DNA from: an uncultured delta proteobacterium | GTDB lineage: Bacteria > Desulfobacterota > Desulfobacteria > Desulfobacterales > Desulfosalsimonadaceae | Direction of reading: 5' to 3' | NCBI GenBank assembly: GCA_963826785.1 | Contig: CAWGYD010000001.1 | Coordinates: forward strand, 704,001-768,000 | DNA: 64,000 bases | Part shown: piece after piece, positions 1-10,318 of the stretch | How positions within the stretch are numbered: the stretch's first letter is position 1 | How the letters are laid out: the number at the start of each line of letters is the position of its first letter | Notes under the pieces: generated by a model | What the model was told of the DNA's origin: nothing | Databases searched by the model: none | The model's input: only the letters and a program-made list of their open reading frames with translations | Program-made: the position numbers and the translations under genes

Positions 1-382
1 CCGCCTGGAAGGTTTTTTTGGCGGCGTCCTTTTCCTTGATCATAGCTGAAATCACCTTTTCGCCGATGGTCATGGACATTCCATGAACCGCGGCCCGGGT
101 GGAGGCGGGAAAGATGTATGTTGCGCTGATGGGCTGTGTCCCGGCATTTCGGTATTTCTGGATGACCGTCACATCGGCCATGACGCCGCTGATGGCTGCG
201 GTCACGGTTGTGTTTTTCAGGGGAAAGGCATCTGTCCCCTCATCCGTGTTTTCGATGAAAAAATAGGGGGCCAGGGTTTTGTCCGTATCCCGGGTTTCCC
301 CCCAGGCGAGGCGCACCGGAAACACATAGAACAGGGCGAAGATCATCGAGAAAAGCAGGTGTAATCGAAACGGCGATTTCAT
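1..382 (-). CDS. VIT (vault protein inter-alpha-trypsin) domain protein, N-terminal part; runs off the left edge
   Basis: Not in the ORF track. Manual translation from ATG at 382 (AAAGGAG RBS upstream): MKSPFRLHLLFSMIFALFYVFPVRLAWG (signal-like), then TLAPYFF...FPLKNTTVTAAISGVMADVTVIQKYRNAGTQPISATYIFPASTRAAVHGMSMTIGEKVISAMIKEK, a typical VIT domain. Confidence 0.85.
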   Translation of the reverse strand, partial: MKSPFRLHLLFSMIFALFYVFPVRLAWGETRDTDKTLAPYFFIENTDEGTDAFPLKNTTVTAAISGVMADVTVIQKYRNAGTQPISATYIFPASTRAAVHGMSMTIGEKVISAMIKEKDAAKKTFQA

Positions 383-446
383 GAAAAGCTCCTTTGGCTC
401 TAAAGAATATGGATGTGAATCAATGAACGGATGATCTGCCGTAAAC

Positions 447-484
447 ATGAAGTGAATATGAACCGGACATGAAATCGGGATGAA
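447..484 (-). promoter_or_regulatory. Four TTCAT direct repeats at exact 11-bp period; probable winged-helix response-regulator operator
   Basis: ATGAA at 447, 458, 469 and 480 on +, upstream of the VIT gene. Confidence 0.55.
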
Positions 485-616
485 AAATGCATATGTTTGT
501 CTATGATCGTGCTGATTACAGGTGAACGTGAACTGAAAATCGCCTGTGATCACCCAAGGAGATTGCGCAAGGCGGGGTTTTGCATTTATGATTTCGGATT
601 GCAGAAAGGAGGGGAT

Positions 617-1594
617 ATGATCAAAACGGCCATCACGGAATTTTTCGGGGTGGAAAAACCCGTCGTTCAGGGCGGGCTCATGTGGATCGCCAGGGCCGAG
701 CTGACCTCGGCGGTCGCCAATGCGGGGGCGATGGGGTTCATGACCGCCCTGACCTTTCCCGACCCCGAGGACCTGCGGGCGGAGATCCGCAAATGCCGAT
801 CGCTCACCGACAAGCCCTTCGGGATCAACCTGACCTTTCTGCCCACCCTCACGCCGCCGGATTATCCCGGCTACATCCGGGTGTGCATCGAAGAGGAGAT
901 CCGATTCATCGAAACCGCCGGGAACAATCCCGAACCGTACATGGATCAGATCAAGTCCGCCGGCATCAAGGTGCTGCACAAGTGCACCAGCGTGCGCCAT
1001 GCACTAAAGGCGCAGCGGGTGGGGTGCGATGCGGTGGGGATCGACGGGTTCGAGGCCGCCGGGCACCCCGGCGAAGACGACGTCACCTCCCTGATCCTGG
1101 TGCCGCTGACCCGGGATGCCATCTCCCTGCCGCTGATCGCCTCGGGCGGGTTTGCCGACGGCCGGGGCCTGGCCGCAGCCCTTTCTCTGGGCGCGGACGG
1201 CATGAACATGGGGACCCGGTTCGTGGCCACCAAAGAAGCTCCGGTGCACGATCATGTCAAGCAGGCCCTGGTGAATGGCGGCGAACTCGACACGCGTTTG
1301 ATCATGCGGACCCTGCGCAACACGGAGCGGGTGCTCCACAACACGGCGGCCGAGAAGGTGCTTGAAATCGAACAGCAGGAAGGGGAAACCCGCATCGAGG
1401 ATATCGTCCCCTATGTGGCCGGCCGGGTGGGAAAAGAAATGCTGAAAGACGGCAACATGGAAAGCGGCACCCTGTCGGCGGGCCAGAGCATGGGCCTGAT
1501 CCGGGACATTCCCACGGTGGCCCAACTGCTGGAGCGCATCATGAACCAGGCCGAAGCCATCCTCAGGGAAAACCACGGGAGGATGGCGGTCTGA
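617..1594 (+). CDS. Nitronate monooxygenase / FabK-like FMN oxidoreductase
   Basis: PVVQGGL, TDKPFGINL, DGFEAAGHPG, PLIASGGFADGRGLAAALSLGADGMNMGTRF; AGGAGG RBS before ATG 617. Confidence 0.9.
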   Translation: MIKTAITEFFGVEKPVVQGGLMWIARAELTSAVANAGAMGFMTALTFPDPEDLRAEIRKCRSLTDKPFGINLTFLPTLTPPDYPGYIRVCIEEEIRFIETAGNNPEPYMDQIKSAGIKVLHKCTSVRHALKAQRVGCDAVGIDGFEAAGHPGEDDVTSLILVPLTRDAISLPLIASGGFADGRGLAAALSLGADGMNMGTRFVATKEAPVHDHVKQALVNGGELDTRLIMRTLRNTERVLHNTAAEKVLEIEQQEGETRIEDIVPYVAGRVGKEMLKDGNMESGTLSAGQSMGLIRDIPTVAQLLERIMNQAEAILRENHGRMAV

Positions 1595-1596
1595 AC

Positions 1597-1857
1597 ATGA
1601 ACGCGCCCACGCCGGCCGACAAAAAGCGGATCAAAATCCTCTTCTGGGTACTGTCGCCTTTTTTATTTGTGGCGTTTTTGCGCCTGGTTTTCCTGGTGAG
1701 CTTTTTTATTTACGGCCAGATCTTTCTGCTGGTTGCCGGCCGGCAATTCACCCGCGCGGTGCTGGTGGTCTCCCTGGCCACGTCGGTCGGACTAACCGCC
1801 GGGGGTGTCGTGGTCCTCTACCGCCAGCTCAAACGCCATATTTTAGAAGAGGGATGA
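1597..1857 (+). CDS. Small hypothetical membrane protein (2 TM)
   Basis: Two hydrophobic segments; starts 2 nt after the upstream stop. Confidence 0.65.
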   Translation: MNAPTPADKKRIKILFWVLSPFLFVAFLRLVFLVSFFIYGQIFLLVAGRQFTRAVLVVSLATSVGLTAGGVVVLYRQLKRHILEEG

Positions 1858-1969
1858 CAAACATTGGAATCTGTCGTACTAAGGGTCTGTCCAGAAATAT
1901 GTGTTAGACGAAGCCGGTTTCGCTGGGTCGCACCATTTCAGTCATCTATAAAATCGAGGAGGCGGGGTT

Positions 1970-3703
1970 ATGAACGGCGGTGAACAAATTGCCCGGGTAC
2001 TGAAGCACCATGGGGTGAAGTTTCTGTTTACGCTCTGCGGGGGGCATATCTCCCCCATCCTGGTGGAAGCCAAAAAACAGGGCATCCGGATCATCGATGT
2101 CCGCCAGGAACCCACCGCCGTATTTGCGGCCGATGCCGTCTCCCGGCTCACCGGGATTCCGGGCGTGGCCGCCGTCACCGCCGGGCCGGGGGTGACCAAT
2201 TCCATCACCGCCGTCAAGAATGCCCAGATGGCCCAGTCGCCCCTGGTGCTCATCGGCGGGGCCCCGGCCACGGCATTGAAAGGCAAAGGCGCATTGCAGG
2301 ACATCGATCAGCTCGGGCTGTTTTCCACCCTGGTGAAATGGTCGGCCTCCATCACCCGGGACTGCGACATCGCGCCGGTGATGGAGGAAGCCTTCGATGC
2401 CGCCGTGTCCGGCGTGCCCGGACCCGTGTTCATCGAGTGTCCCGTGGACCTGCTCTATGACGCAGAACTGGTGCGGGAATGGTACGTGCAGAAGACGGGC
2501 AAACCCCGGGGCATCAAGGAGAGGGCCGTCCGCTGGTACCTGCGCCGGCACGTGGATAAGCTTTTCGCCTGCTCGCCCAAGAGCCTCGACCTGGCCGAAC
2601 AGGAATCCATCACGCCGTTTTCAGTGGACACGCAACAGGTCGCCGATGCCGCCGCACGGGTCCTTGCGGCGAGCAGGCCGGTGATGGTCATCGGCAGCCA
2701 GGCCATGCTCCGGGTGGATATCGTGGAAAAACTGGCGGGCCAGTTGAGCCAGTTTAACATGCCGGTTTATCTCACCGGCATGGCCCGGGGGCTGCTGGGG
2801 GCCGATCATCCCCTTCAGTTCAAGCACAGCCGGTCCAGGGCGCTCAAGGAAGCCGATCTGGTGATCATCGCCGGCATGCCCTGCGACTTCCGGCTGGACT
2901 ACGGCAGAAGCATCGGCAAAAAAGCCTTTTACATCGCGATAAACCGCAGCGAAGCGGACCTTAAGAAGAACCGGAAGCCGGACATGGCCATCCATGCGGA
3001 CCCGGGCACCTTTCTGCTGGAGTTGACCGCCCGGACCCGGCTTGACCTGAAACGGCTGCGGGAATGGAGCGATCAGCTGCGGGACCGGGAGCGCCAGGGA
3101 GAGGAAAAAATCGTTGAATTTTCCACCGTGGAAACCGAGCATGCCAATCCCCTCAACCTGTGCCGGCGCATCGATTCCGCTTTGGACCGAAACAGTATCA
3201 TCGTGGGAGACGGCGGGGATTTCGTTGCCACGGCATCATATACCGTCAAACCCCGGGGACCGCTTTCCTGGCTAGATCCCGGCGCCTACGGCACCCTGGG
3301 GGTGGGGGCCGGGTTCGCCCTGGCGGCCAAGCTGGTCCGGCCCGAGGCGGAAGTCTGGCTTCTTTACGGCGACGGCGCGGCCGGATACGGGCTGATCGAG
3401 CAGGACACCTTTGTCCGGCATCGGCTCCCGGTGATCACCATCATTGGAAACGACGCCGGCTGGACCCAGATCGCCCGTGACCAGTCCGTGATCCTGGGCG
3501 ATGACGTGGGCACCGTGCTCAAACACAGCGCCTACCACTGGATGGCCGAAGCGCTGGATGCCAAGGGGTACGTCATCAAAAAGGATGACGATATCGACGA
3601 AATCCTTGAGAGCGCGAAATATGCCGCCTCAAACGGACATCCGGTGCTGGTCAATGCCCTGATGGGAAAAACCGATTACCGCCGGGGATCGATTTCCATG
3701 TAA
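1970..3703 (+). CDS. ThDP-dependent enzyme, acetolactate-synthase-like ILVBL/HACL2 type
   Basis: [27 protein letters not shown], ThDP motif GDGAAGY...IGNDAGW; GGAGG RBS. Confidence 0.9.
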   Translation: MNGGEQIARVLKHHGVKFLFTLCGGHISPILVEAKKQGIRIIDVRQEPTAVFAADAVSRLTGIPGVAAVTAGPGVTNSITAVKNAQMAQSPLVLIGGAPATALKGKGALQDIDQLGLFSTLVKWSASITRDCDIAPVMEEAFDAAVSGVPGPVFIECPVDLLYDAELVREWYVQKTGKPRGIKERAVRWYLRRHVDKLFACSPKSLDLAEQESITPFSVDTQQVADAAARVLAASRPVMVIGSQAMLRVDIVEKLAGQLSQFNMPVYLTGMARGLLGADHPLQFKHSRSRALKEADLVIIAGMPCDFRLDYGRSIGKKAFYIAINRSEADLKKNRKPDMAIHADPGTFLLELTARTRLDLKRLREWSDQLRDRERQGEEKIVEFSTVETEHANPLNLCRRIDSALDRNSIIVGDGGDFVATASYTVKPRGPLSWLDPGAYGTLGVGAGFALAAKLVRPEAEVWLLYGDGAAGYGLIEQDTFVRHRLPVITIIGNDAGWTQIARDQSVILGDDVGTVLKHSAYHWMAEALDAKGYVIKKDDDIDEILESAKYAASNGHPVLVNALMGKTDYRRGSISM

Positions 3704-4012
3704 GGGAAGTCGGGAAATCAATTTCTGACAGGGCACAAAATCGCAGATGCGTTTCTTGCATGCAAAAAAAGATCGGGAAAAAAAACCGATCAGCGAAAAC
3801 TTTATTTTTCAGCCCGAATCCATCAGACCCCGGCCATCCGGCCCTTTGTGCAAGGGATCGCTTGGGTGACGCTTTTTTCTCATGTAAAAAGGGGTTGATC
3901 TTGCCGCTTTGAAATTGTATTTTCCAACCTTATTTTAAAGTTCGTTCTTTTCACACCCCTTCCAGAAAATGTGCATTCATCCGACTCCGGGGTATCAACA
4001 AGAAAGATTGCT

Positions 4013-5416
4013 ATGAAAGAGAATGCAATTTCCGACAACCCTTCCCGCAGCCGTGCAGCACATATGGCTCGAGCGGCTGAATCCGAAATCGGCCGGCTTC
4101 CGGACGATTTGCAGCAGCTGGTCCGCAATCTTCAAGGCTGGCTGATGGAGCTTGAAAATGAGAATGCCGCGCTGCGCCGGTCTGAAAAGGATCGGATGCA
4201 GTCCGAGGACATGCTGCGCAAGTCTTACGAAGACCTGGAATCAAAAATTCAGGAACGGACCCAGGAGCTTGCCGCGTCCAACCGGGAGCTCCTCCGGCGA
4301 TCGGAGCAGCTCGCCCGGCTGTCGTCGGAACTCACCCTGGCTGAACAGCGGGAGCGCCGCCGCCTGGCCGCATTTCTACACGATCATCTCCAGCAGCTCC
4401 TGGTGGGGGCCAAGATCGGCCTGGAGGTGCTGCAGCACCGGGTCCGGGCGGAGCACCGGACATCTGTTGAGCAGATCCTGGACCTGGTTTTAAAAACGAT
4501 CAAGGCCTCCAGGTCCTTGACCGCCGAACTTTCCCCGCCGATCCTGTATGAAGGCGGGCTTTGCGCCGCTCTGGAGTGGCTGGCCCGTTGGATGAACGAA
4601 AATCATGACTTTACGGTAATTCTGCAGGCGGATGCCAAGCTCGACACCGAGCGGGAAGATATGAATGTGCTGCTGTTTCAGTCCATCCGGGAACTTTTGC
4701 TCAATGCGGTCAAGCATTCCGGGGAAAAATCGGCAAATATCGAAATGCGGGCGGATGAATCCGGTTTTTTGCGCATCCGGGTCAGTGATCAGGGTTCGGG
4801 GTTCGACCCGGATGATATCGGTAAATCCGCCAATGAGGTCGCCGGCTTCGGTCTGTTGAGCATCCGGGAGCGTCTGGCCCTTCTGGGGGGCCGCCTCGAT
4901 GTGGAAAGCGCGCCGGGCCGGGGCTCGGCTTTTACGCTGGTGGCGCCCATGGGAAAGACGGAAACCGAAGCGATCGCACCGGAAATCCGGGAACGGAGAA
5001 AGGCGCCGCTGGATCATCGGGCGCCTGCTGCGGCCGGCATAAAAGAGACCGGCCGCAAGATCCGCCTGATGCTGGTGGATGACCATTCGGTCATGCGCCA
5101 GGGGCTGTCCTCCCTGTTGAGTTTTCATTATGATATTGAAATCGTGGGGGAAGCATCGGATGGCGAAGCGGCGGTGGAACTGGCGCGAAAGATTTGTCCG
5201 GATGTGATCCTGATGGATATCAGCATGCCGAAGATGAACGGCATCGAGGCGACCCGGATCATTCACTCGGAATCGCCCCAGATCCGCATTGTCGGCCTTT
5301 CCATGTTCGATGCCGCCGACCAGCAGTCCGCCATGAAAGCGGCGGGCGCTGCCGCCTACTGCGCCAAGAGCGGCCGCACCGACGAGTTGATGGCCGCCAT
5401 CCGGAATGAAATCTAA
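4013..5416 (+). CDS. Hybrid histidine kinase (HisKA_3 + HATPase + C-terminal receiver), no obvious sensor domain
   Basis: ERRRLAAFLHDHLQQ H-box, ELLLNAVKHS, DQGSGF, GFGL, receiver LVDDH...DVILMDISMPKMNG. Confidence 0.9.
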   Translation: MKENAISDNPSRSRAAHMARAAESEIGRLPDDLQQLVRNLQGWLMELENENAALRRSEKDRMQSEDMLRKSYEDLESKIQERTQELAASNRELLRRSEQLARLSSELTLAEQRERRRLAAFLHDHLQQLLVGAKIGLEVLQHRVRAEHRTSVEQILDLVLKTIKASRSLTAELSPPILYEGGLCAALEWLARWMNENHDFTVILQADAKLDTEREDMNVLLFQSIRELLLNAVKHSGEKSANIEMRADESGFLRIRVSDQGSGFDPDDIGKSANEVAGFGLLSIRERLALLGGRLDVESAPGRGSAFTLVAPMGKTETEAIAPEIRERRKAPLDHRAPAAAGIKETGRKIRLMLVDDHSVMRQGLSSLLSFHYDIEIVGEASDGEAAVELARKICPDVILMDISMPKMNGIEATRIIHSESPQIRIVGLSMFDAADQQSAMKAAGAAAYCAKSGRTDELMAAIRNEI

Positions 5417-5419
5417 AAG

Positions 5420-5758
5420 TTACTGATACTTGCTGATCTTGTCCTCGATCTGGGCCAGGACCCCTCTCACCTCGGCCTTGGAGAAACCCTGCTCCATCAG
5501 GCAGTCCGTGAACGTCCCGTAGATCCGGTTGCGCTGGGCCACCGAAACCTGGCCGGTGCGCGCGCCGTAAACGGCGTTTTCCACATCCGATACCATGGAT
5601 TCACAACCTGCCGGAACGGGGGGAATATCGGTGGTGACGATATATTCCTCCTCCGCATCTTCGTTATCCATCGCCGCACCGGCAAAGAAATGCTGGTAGC
5701 CAAAATACCCGATGACAATCACCACCACCAGAATGGCCAGATTCTTGAGTTTCTCCAT
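5420..5758 (-). CDS. Hypothetical protein with N-terminal membrane anchor
   Basis: GGAGG RBS, N-terminal TM helix, acidic linker, two Cys. Confidence 0.75.
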   Translation of the reverse strand: MEKLKNLAILVVVIVIGYFGYQHFFAGAAMDNEDAEEEYIVTTDIPPVPAGCESMVSDVENAVYGARTGQVSVAQRNRIYGTFTDCLMEQGFSKAEVRGVLAQIEDKISKYQ

Positions 5759-5782
5759 GAATTTCCTCCTTGCGTTTTGTCA

Positions 5783-6943
5783 TTATCCCACTTTTACCGT
5801 CGCCGGAATCCGCCGGGAAAAAATCTCCACGGTTTCGGCCACCAGCTCTTCCAGGACCTGGCGGGCCGGCTTGATCTCGTGAATGATCCCCGATACCTGC
5901 CCGGCCAGGCCGCCCACGTATTCCTTTTTGTCCGCCTGGATAAAGGCGGTGAGCAGGTAGGAGGAAAGCAGCACCTGGATGGGGAAGGGGAGCGGGGGCA
6001 GTCCGGACTGGTCCCACAGGTCGTGGAACTTGTTGTAGCTGGCCCGCAGGGTCTTGCCGGTATATGCCGTGGAAACCCGGGTGTCTTCGTCCGTGGAATC
6101 CAGGATGCGCTGCTTGTTGATGGCGGACGCGCCGCCTTCATGGGTGGCTAAAAAACGGGTGCCGATCCACACCCCGATGCACCCCATAGCCAGGGCCGCG
6201 GCCACTCCCCGGCCGTCGCCGATGCCGCCGGCCGCCAGCACGGGAACGGGCTTTGCCGCATCCAGGGCAGCCGGCAGCAGGGCCATGGTCCCGATGCGGC
6301 CGGTATGTCCTCCCCCTTCGTGTCCCTGGGCCACCAGCAGGTCCAGGCCCGAATCGGCCATCCGCCTGGCGTTTTTGGCATTTCCGGTGATGCCGAGCAC
6401 CTTCATCCCTGCCGCGTGGGCCTGCTCAACCATGAAGCCGGGGTTGCCCAGCCCGGCGCAGAACAGGGGAACTTTTTCTTCGATGCACACCGCCACCGCC
6501 TGCCGGGGAAACATGGTGGTGGTGTTGAGCTTGATCACGGATTGTACATCCGGCAGCTGCATTTCCGCGCTGATCCGGTCCAGCCATTCCTGGTATTGAC
6601 TGGGAAGCGTCCGGATGGCATCCTTTAACGCCATTTCGGTGACCCCCGCGCCCGCCGCCGCTTCGGCACCTTGAGAAGATACGCTCTTGGGCAGGAGCAG
6701 GTCCACTCCAAAAGGCTTGTCCGTGAGCTTCCGGATTTCCCGGATGGCGTCTCGCAGCTCGTCCACGGTAAAACCGCTTCCGCCCAGCACGCCCATGCCG
6801 CCGGCTTCTGAAACCGCCACCACCAGTTCCACCGGTGCGCCGGTGGTCTCCCCGATGAGCGTGGGGCCCATCCCGGCGCTCAAGATCGGATATTCGATCC
6901 CCAGAAGGTCGCATAAACCCGTGCGCAATACCCTTTTTCCCAT
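5783..6943 (-). CDS. Nitronate monooxygenase / FabK-like FMN oxidoreductase
   Basis: LGIEYPILSAGMG, TDKPFGVDLL, AQGHEGGGHTG, PVLAAGGIGDGRG, GTRF. Confidence 0.9.
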   Translation of the reverse strand: MGKRVLRTGLCDLLGIEYPILSAGMGPTLIGETTGAPVELVVAVSEAGGMGVLGGSGFTVDELRDAIREIRKLTDKPFGVDLLLPKSVSSQGAEAAAGAGVTEMALKDAIRTLPSQYQEWLDRISAEMQLPDVQSVIKLNTTTMFPRQAVAVCIEEKVPLFCAGLGNPGFMVEQAHAAGMKVLGITGNAKNARRMADSGLDLLVAQGHEGGGHTGRIGTMALLPAALDAAKPVPVLAAGGIGDGRGVAAALAMGCIGVWIGTRFLATHEGGASAINKQRILDSTDEDTRVSTAYTGKTLRASYNKFHDLWDQSGLPPLPFPIQVLLSSYLLTAFIQADKKEYVGGLAGQVSGIIHEIKPARQVLEELVAETVEIFSRRIPATVKVG

Positions 6944-7049
6944 AAGCGCCCCCTTGTTTTTCTTGGTTGATCGTCTATGACAAAAAACCGGTTTCTGGCT
7001 TCACCCGTTAAAGGGTGCCCCCCCTCTTCCTTTCTTTACAGATGCTTAA

Positions 7050-7523
7050 TTACTCCAGATGCTTGTGTTCCGGAATCTGCCGGCGCCGTCCGGCAATCCG
7101 GATATACAGATGACTGCCTTCCTCTTCGATGATATCGGCAAGCTTCACCATGGCCGGTTCGCTAAACTTGATCAGGTCATTTTCGTATATCAGGTAAAGG
7201 ATGTCGCTGCAGATGAACAGGGTTTCCGGATCGAGCAGGATCTGGCGGGTGGTGTTGAGCACCAGCGTCACCTCATCTTCGATGATCACGTCAAAGACGA
7301 AATAGGCGGTTTCCTCACAGGGAAAATAGACTTTTTCAAATACCTCCCCATTGTCCTGTGAAATGAAAAATCCGTTTTCATCCTTTCCAATGGAGCGGTT
7401 GAAGTGCTCTATGATCTTCTTATGCTGAAACCGGCCGCCGTCATTAAACCAGTTTCCGCGGCCGTCCATCCAGAATACCGCTTCTTCTTTGGAAATGATG
7501 ATTTCTCTGCGCTGCTGCGCCAT
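7050..7523 (-). CDS. Conserved hypothetical protein (DUF1285-like)
   Basis: FWMDGRGNWFNDG...EKVYFPCEETAYFVFDV pattern; coding-like composition. Confidence 0.7.
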   Translation of the reverse strand: MAQQRREIIISKEEAVFWMDGRGNWFNDGGRFQHKKIIEHFNRSIGKDENGFFISQDNGEVFEKVYFPCEETAYFVFDVIIEDEVTLVLNTTRQILLDPETLFICSDILYLIYENDLIKFSEPAMVKLADIIEEEGSHLYIRIAGRRRQIPEHKHLE

Positions 7524-7801
7524 CGGTTCTGGCCCTCTTTCACTAAATTGCCGTTTTTGAGAAAATCCATCTTACGGGGAAATGCCTCCAAATGCAATTT
7601 TGATTTAATGGCAAAAATCAAACCTTGAAGGCTTTGACCGTAATGGTGCCGATGCGCCGGGGTAAAATATTTTGGCGCAAATTTGACCGGACGGATTTTT
7701 AACTTCTTCTAATTGATTCAAAGGGCTTCAGGCCGGCCATACCCGACGGGTTGCGCGACTGTTGATTTAAACTTATCCTTTTTAAAACCGGAAGCTTTTT
7801 C

Positions 7802-8545
7802 ATGGACAACATGTCGCCCAAGATCCATATCGGCACCTCGGGGTGGAGCTATGATCACTGGCGGGTGAATTTCTACCCGGAAGATCTGCCCAAGAGCAGA
7901 TGGCTCGAATATTACACCACGCGGCTAAAGAGCGTGGAGATCAACAGTTCGTTTTATCATCTGCCCAGGGCCACGACCTTCAATGGCTGGCGGAAAAAGG
8001 CGCCGGCAGGATTCGTATTTTCCGTCAAGGCCAGCCGGTTCATCACCCACATGAAAAAGCTCAAGGACCCTGAAGCGCCGGTGGCCGCTTTCCTGTCGCG
8101 TTCAGGCGAACTGGCGGACACGCTTGGCCCCGTCCTGTTTCAGCTGCCGCCGGGATGGAAATTCAATGAGGAACGGCTTGTTCATTTTCTGCGGACACTG
8201 CCCGGGGGGTATGCGTATGCCATGGAGTTTCGAAACGACGGATGGTGGAATGAGCGGGTCAATGAACTTCTGAGGGATCATAACGTCGCTTTCTGCATGT
8301 TTGAGCTGGCCGGGCGGCCGTCGCCTGAAACGGTGACGGCGGATTTCATCTATATCCGGCTGCATGGGCCGGATGGCGCCTATACCGGAAAATACGACGA
8401 TCATTCGCTTTCGGCATGGTCGCAAAAGATAAGGGGATGGGTTGATAACGGTCTTTCAGTTTACTGCTACTTCGACAACGATCAACTCGGATATGCGGCA
8501 TCCGATGCATTGCGGCTCAATGAAATGATATCTACAACCAGCTAA
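7802..8545 (+). CDS. DUF72 family protein
   Basis: IGTSGWSY, VEINSSFYHLP, LGPVLFQLPP, YIRLHG, YFDND. Confidence 0.92.
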   Translation: MDNMSPKIHIGTSGWSYDHWRVNFYPEDLPKSRWLEYYTTRLKSVEINSSFYHLPRATTFNGWRKKAPAGFVFSVKASRFITHMKKLKDPEAPVAAFLSRSGELADTLGPVLFQLPPGWKFNEERLVHFLRTLPGGYAYAMEFRNDGWWNERVNELLRDHNVAFCMFELAGRPSPETVTADFIYIRLHGPDGAYTGKYDDHSLSAWSQKIRGWVDNGLSVYCYFDNDQLGYAASDALRLNEMISTTS

Positions 8546-8585
8546 AAGCGTATCGCTAATGTCCAAGCAACCAAAGGAGGTTTTT

Positions 8586-9587
8586 ATGGCAAAAGTGGCA
8601 ATCAATGGATTGGGACGGATCGGCAGGGCCACCCTCAAGGTGATTGTGGACAACCCGGATCTGGAACTGGTGGCCATCAATGATCTGGTGCCGCCCGACA
8701 ACCTGGCCTACATGCTCAGGTTCGACACGGTCTACGGCCGGTACGGAAAAAAAGTGGAACATACGGACAACACCTTAAGCGTGGATGGCAAGGAATACAT
8801 GGTGTTCAACAAGAAGGACCCGGAGGAAATCCCCTGGGGCGAACTTGGAATCGACGTGGTGTTCGAGTGCACGGGGATTTTCACCACCCGGGAGAAGCTC
8901 GAAAAACACATCAAGGCGGGGGCGCGCCACGCCATCCTCTCCGCACCGTCCAAGAGCGACGATATGGATACCGTGGTTCACGGGGTCAACCAGTCGGAGT
9001 CCGGGGCGAAGGTGATCTCCTGCGCCAGCTGCACCACCAACTGCATCACCCCGGTGGTGGAGGTGATGGGCCGCCGGGTGGGCGTCGAAAAAGCCATCAT
9101 GACCACCATCCACGCCTATACGTCCTCCCAGGCCATCGTGGACGGGCCGAACAAGAAATGGCGCCGGGGCCGGGCGGGAGCCGCCAATTTCGTGCCCACC
9201 ACCACCGGCGCGGCCATCGCCACCACCAAGGCCCTGCCCCAGTTCAAGGGGAAATTCGACGGGGTGGCCATCCGCGGGCCCGTTCCGGTGGGTTCCATCG
9301 CCGACCTGGTTTTCATCACCTCCCGCAAGACCACAGTGGAGGAGGTCAACCGGATATTTACGGAGGAGGCACAGTCAGACCGGTACAAGGGGATTATGGG
9401 CGTCTCCGACGATCAGATCGTATCCTCGGATGTGATCGGCGACTCACGGGCCTCCATCGTGGACTTGACCATGACCCAGGTGGTGGACGGTGACGTGGTA
9501 AAGGTCATGAGCTGGTACGACAATGAATGGGGCTACTCCAACCAGATGGTCCGGGAGGCCGTGAACATGGTCAAACGGGTGGGATAA
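8586..9587 (+). CDS. gap: Type I glyceraldehyde-3-phosphate dehydrogenase
   Basis: VAINGLGRIGR, catalytic SCASCTTNC, WYDNEWGYS; AAGGAGG RBS. Confidence 0.95.
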   Translation: MAKVAINGLGRIGRATLKVIVDNPDLELVAINDLVPPDNLAYMLRFDTVYGRYGKKVEHTDNTLSVDGKEYMVFNKKDPEEIPWGELGIDVVFECTGIFTTREKLEKHIKAGARHAILSAPSKSDDMDTVVHGVNQSESGAKVISCASCTTNCITPVVEVMGRRVGVEKAIMTTIHAYTSSQAIVDGPNKKWRRGRAGAANFVPTTTGAAIATTKALPQFKGKFDGVAIRGPVPVGSIADLVFITSRKTTVEEVNRIFTEEAQSDRYKGIMGVSDDQIVSSDVIGDSRASIVDLTMTQVVDGDVVKVMSWYDNEWGYSNQMVREAVNMVKRVG

Positions 9588-9645
9588 GCGGCGTATCGGT
9601 CCTGGTTTTGCTTTTTGATTTTCGATCCGGAAAAAGCAGGTCCAT

Positions 9646-9692
9646 AAAAAAGGCCTGTACACATGCATTCCTGCGCGTGTACAGGCCTTCTT
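9646..9692. terminator. Intrinsic terminator between convergent gap and satP, probably bidirectional
   Basis: AAGGCCTGTACAC...GTGTACAGGCCTT stem with an A-tract on the left and CTTCTT on the right. Confidence 0.75.
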
Positions 9693-9712
9693 GCGGATGG
9701 ATGGGGTTTAGA

Positions 9713-10318
9713 TCACATCGATTCCTGCTTTTTTCCGGGTCTCAGCCAGGGGTTGCCCACCGGTAGCGTAACGCCGGCTTCGGCAAAAATGCTGACCGCC
9801 ATCAGGTACCAGGCGATCAGGGCACAGACAATCAGATCCCAGGCGGCGAAAGTCCCGGCCGCCTTCATTCCATAAAGCTCTTTGAGATCCAGTCCGATAA
9901 ACCCGATCACGAGCGTTCCGAACAACAGGACGAGGGCGGTGTGATGATAGAAGGTGTTGAGAAACAGGATAATGGTGAAGAATGTCCAGACCAGCAGATA
10001 CATTCCGAGTTGGTGCGCATCGAACGCAAGCGTTGGAAAGGCTTTGACCACTTCGGCGTTATTCCCGAAGATCACGAATAGACAAAGAGATATCCAGAAA
10101 GCGCCGTAGGCCGTAAAGGCGCAGAAGCCGAAATTGTTTCCGGTTTTGAACTCCAGCAGGCCCGCAATCAATTGGGCGGTCCCCCCGAAAGCCAAACCGA
10201 TCCACAATACAGGGGCAAGGCCGCACCATCCGAGATTATGAAACTGCAAGATCAGTGTTGTCATGCCGAAACCGCCAAGGCCTACAACTGCAGGATTGCC
10301 TATTTTCATTTCTGCCAT
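9713..10318 (-). CDS. satP: Acetate uptake transporter (SatP/YaaH, GPR1/FUN34 family)
   Basis: GNPAVVGLGGFGMTT signature, FGGTAQLIAGLLEF, YGAFW; about 6 TM. Confidence 0.9.
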   Translation of the reverse strand: MAEMKIGNPAVVGLGGFGMTTLILQFHNLGWCGLAPVLWIGLAFGGTAQLIAGLLEFKTGNNFGFCAFTAYGAFWISLCLFVIFGNNAEVVKAFPTLAFDAHQLGMYLLVWTFFTIILFLNTFYHHTALVLLFGTLVIGFIGLDLKELYGMKAAGTFAAWDLIVCALIAWYLMAVSIFAEAGVTLPVGNPWLRPGKKQESM

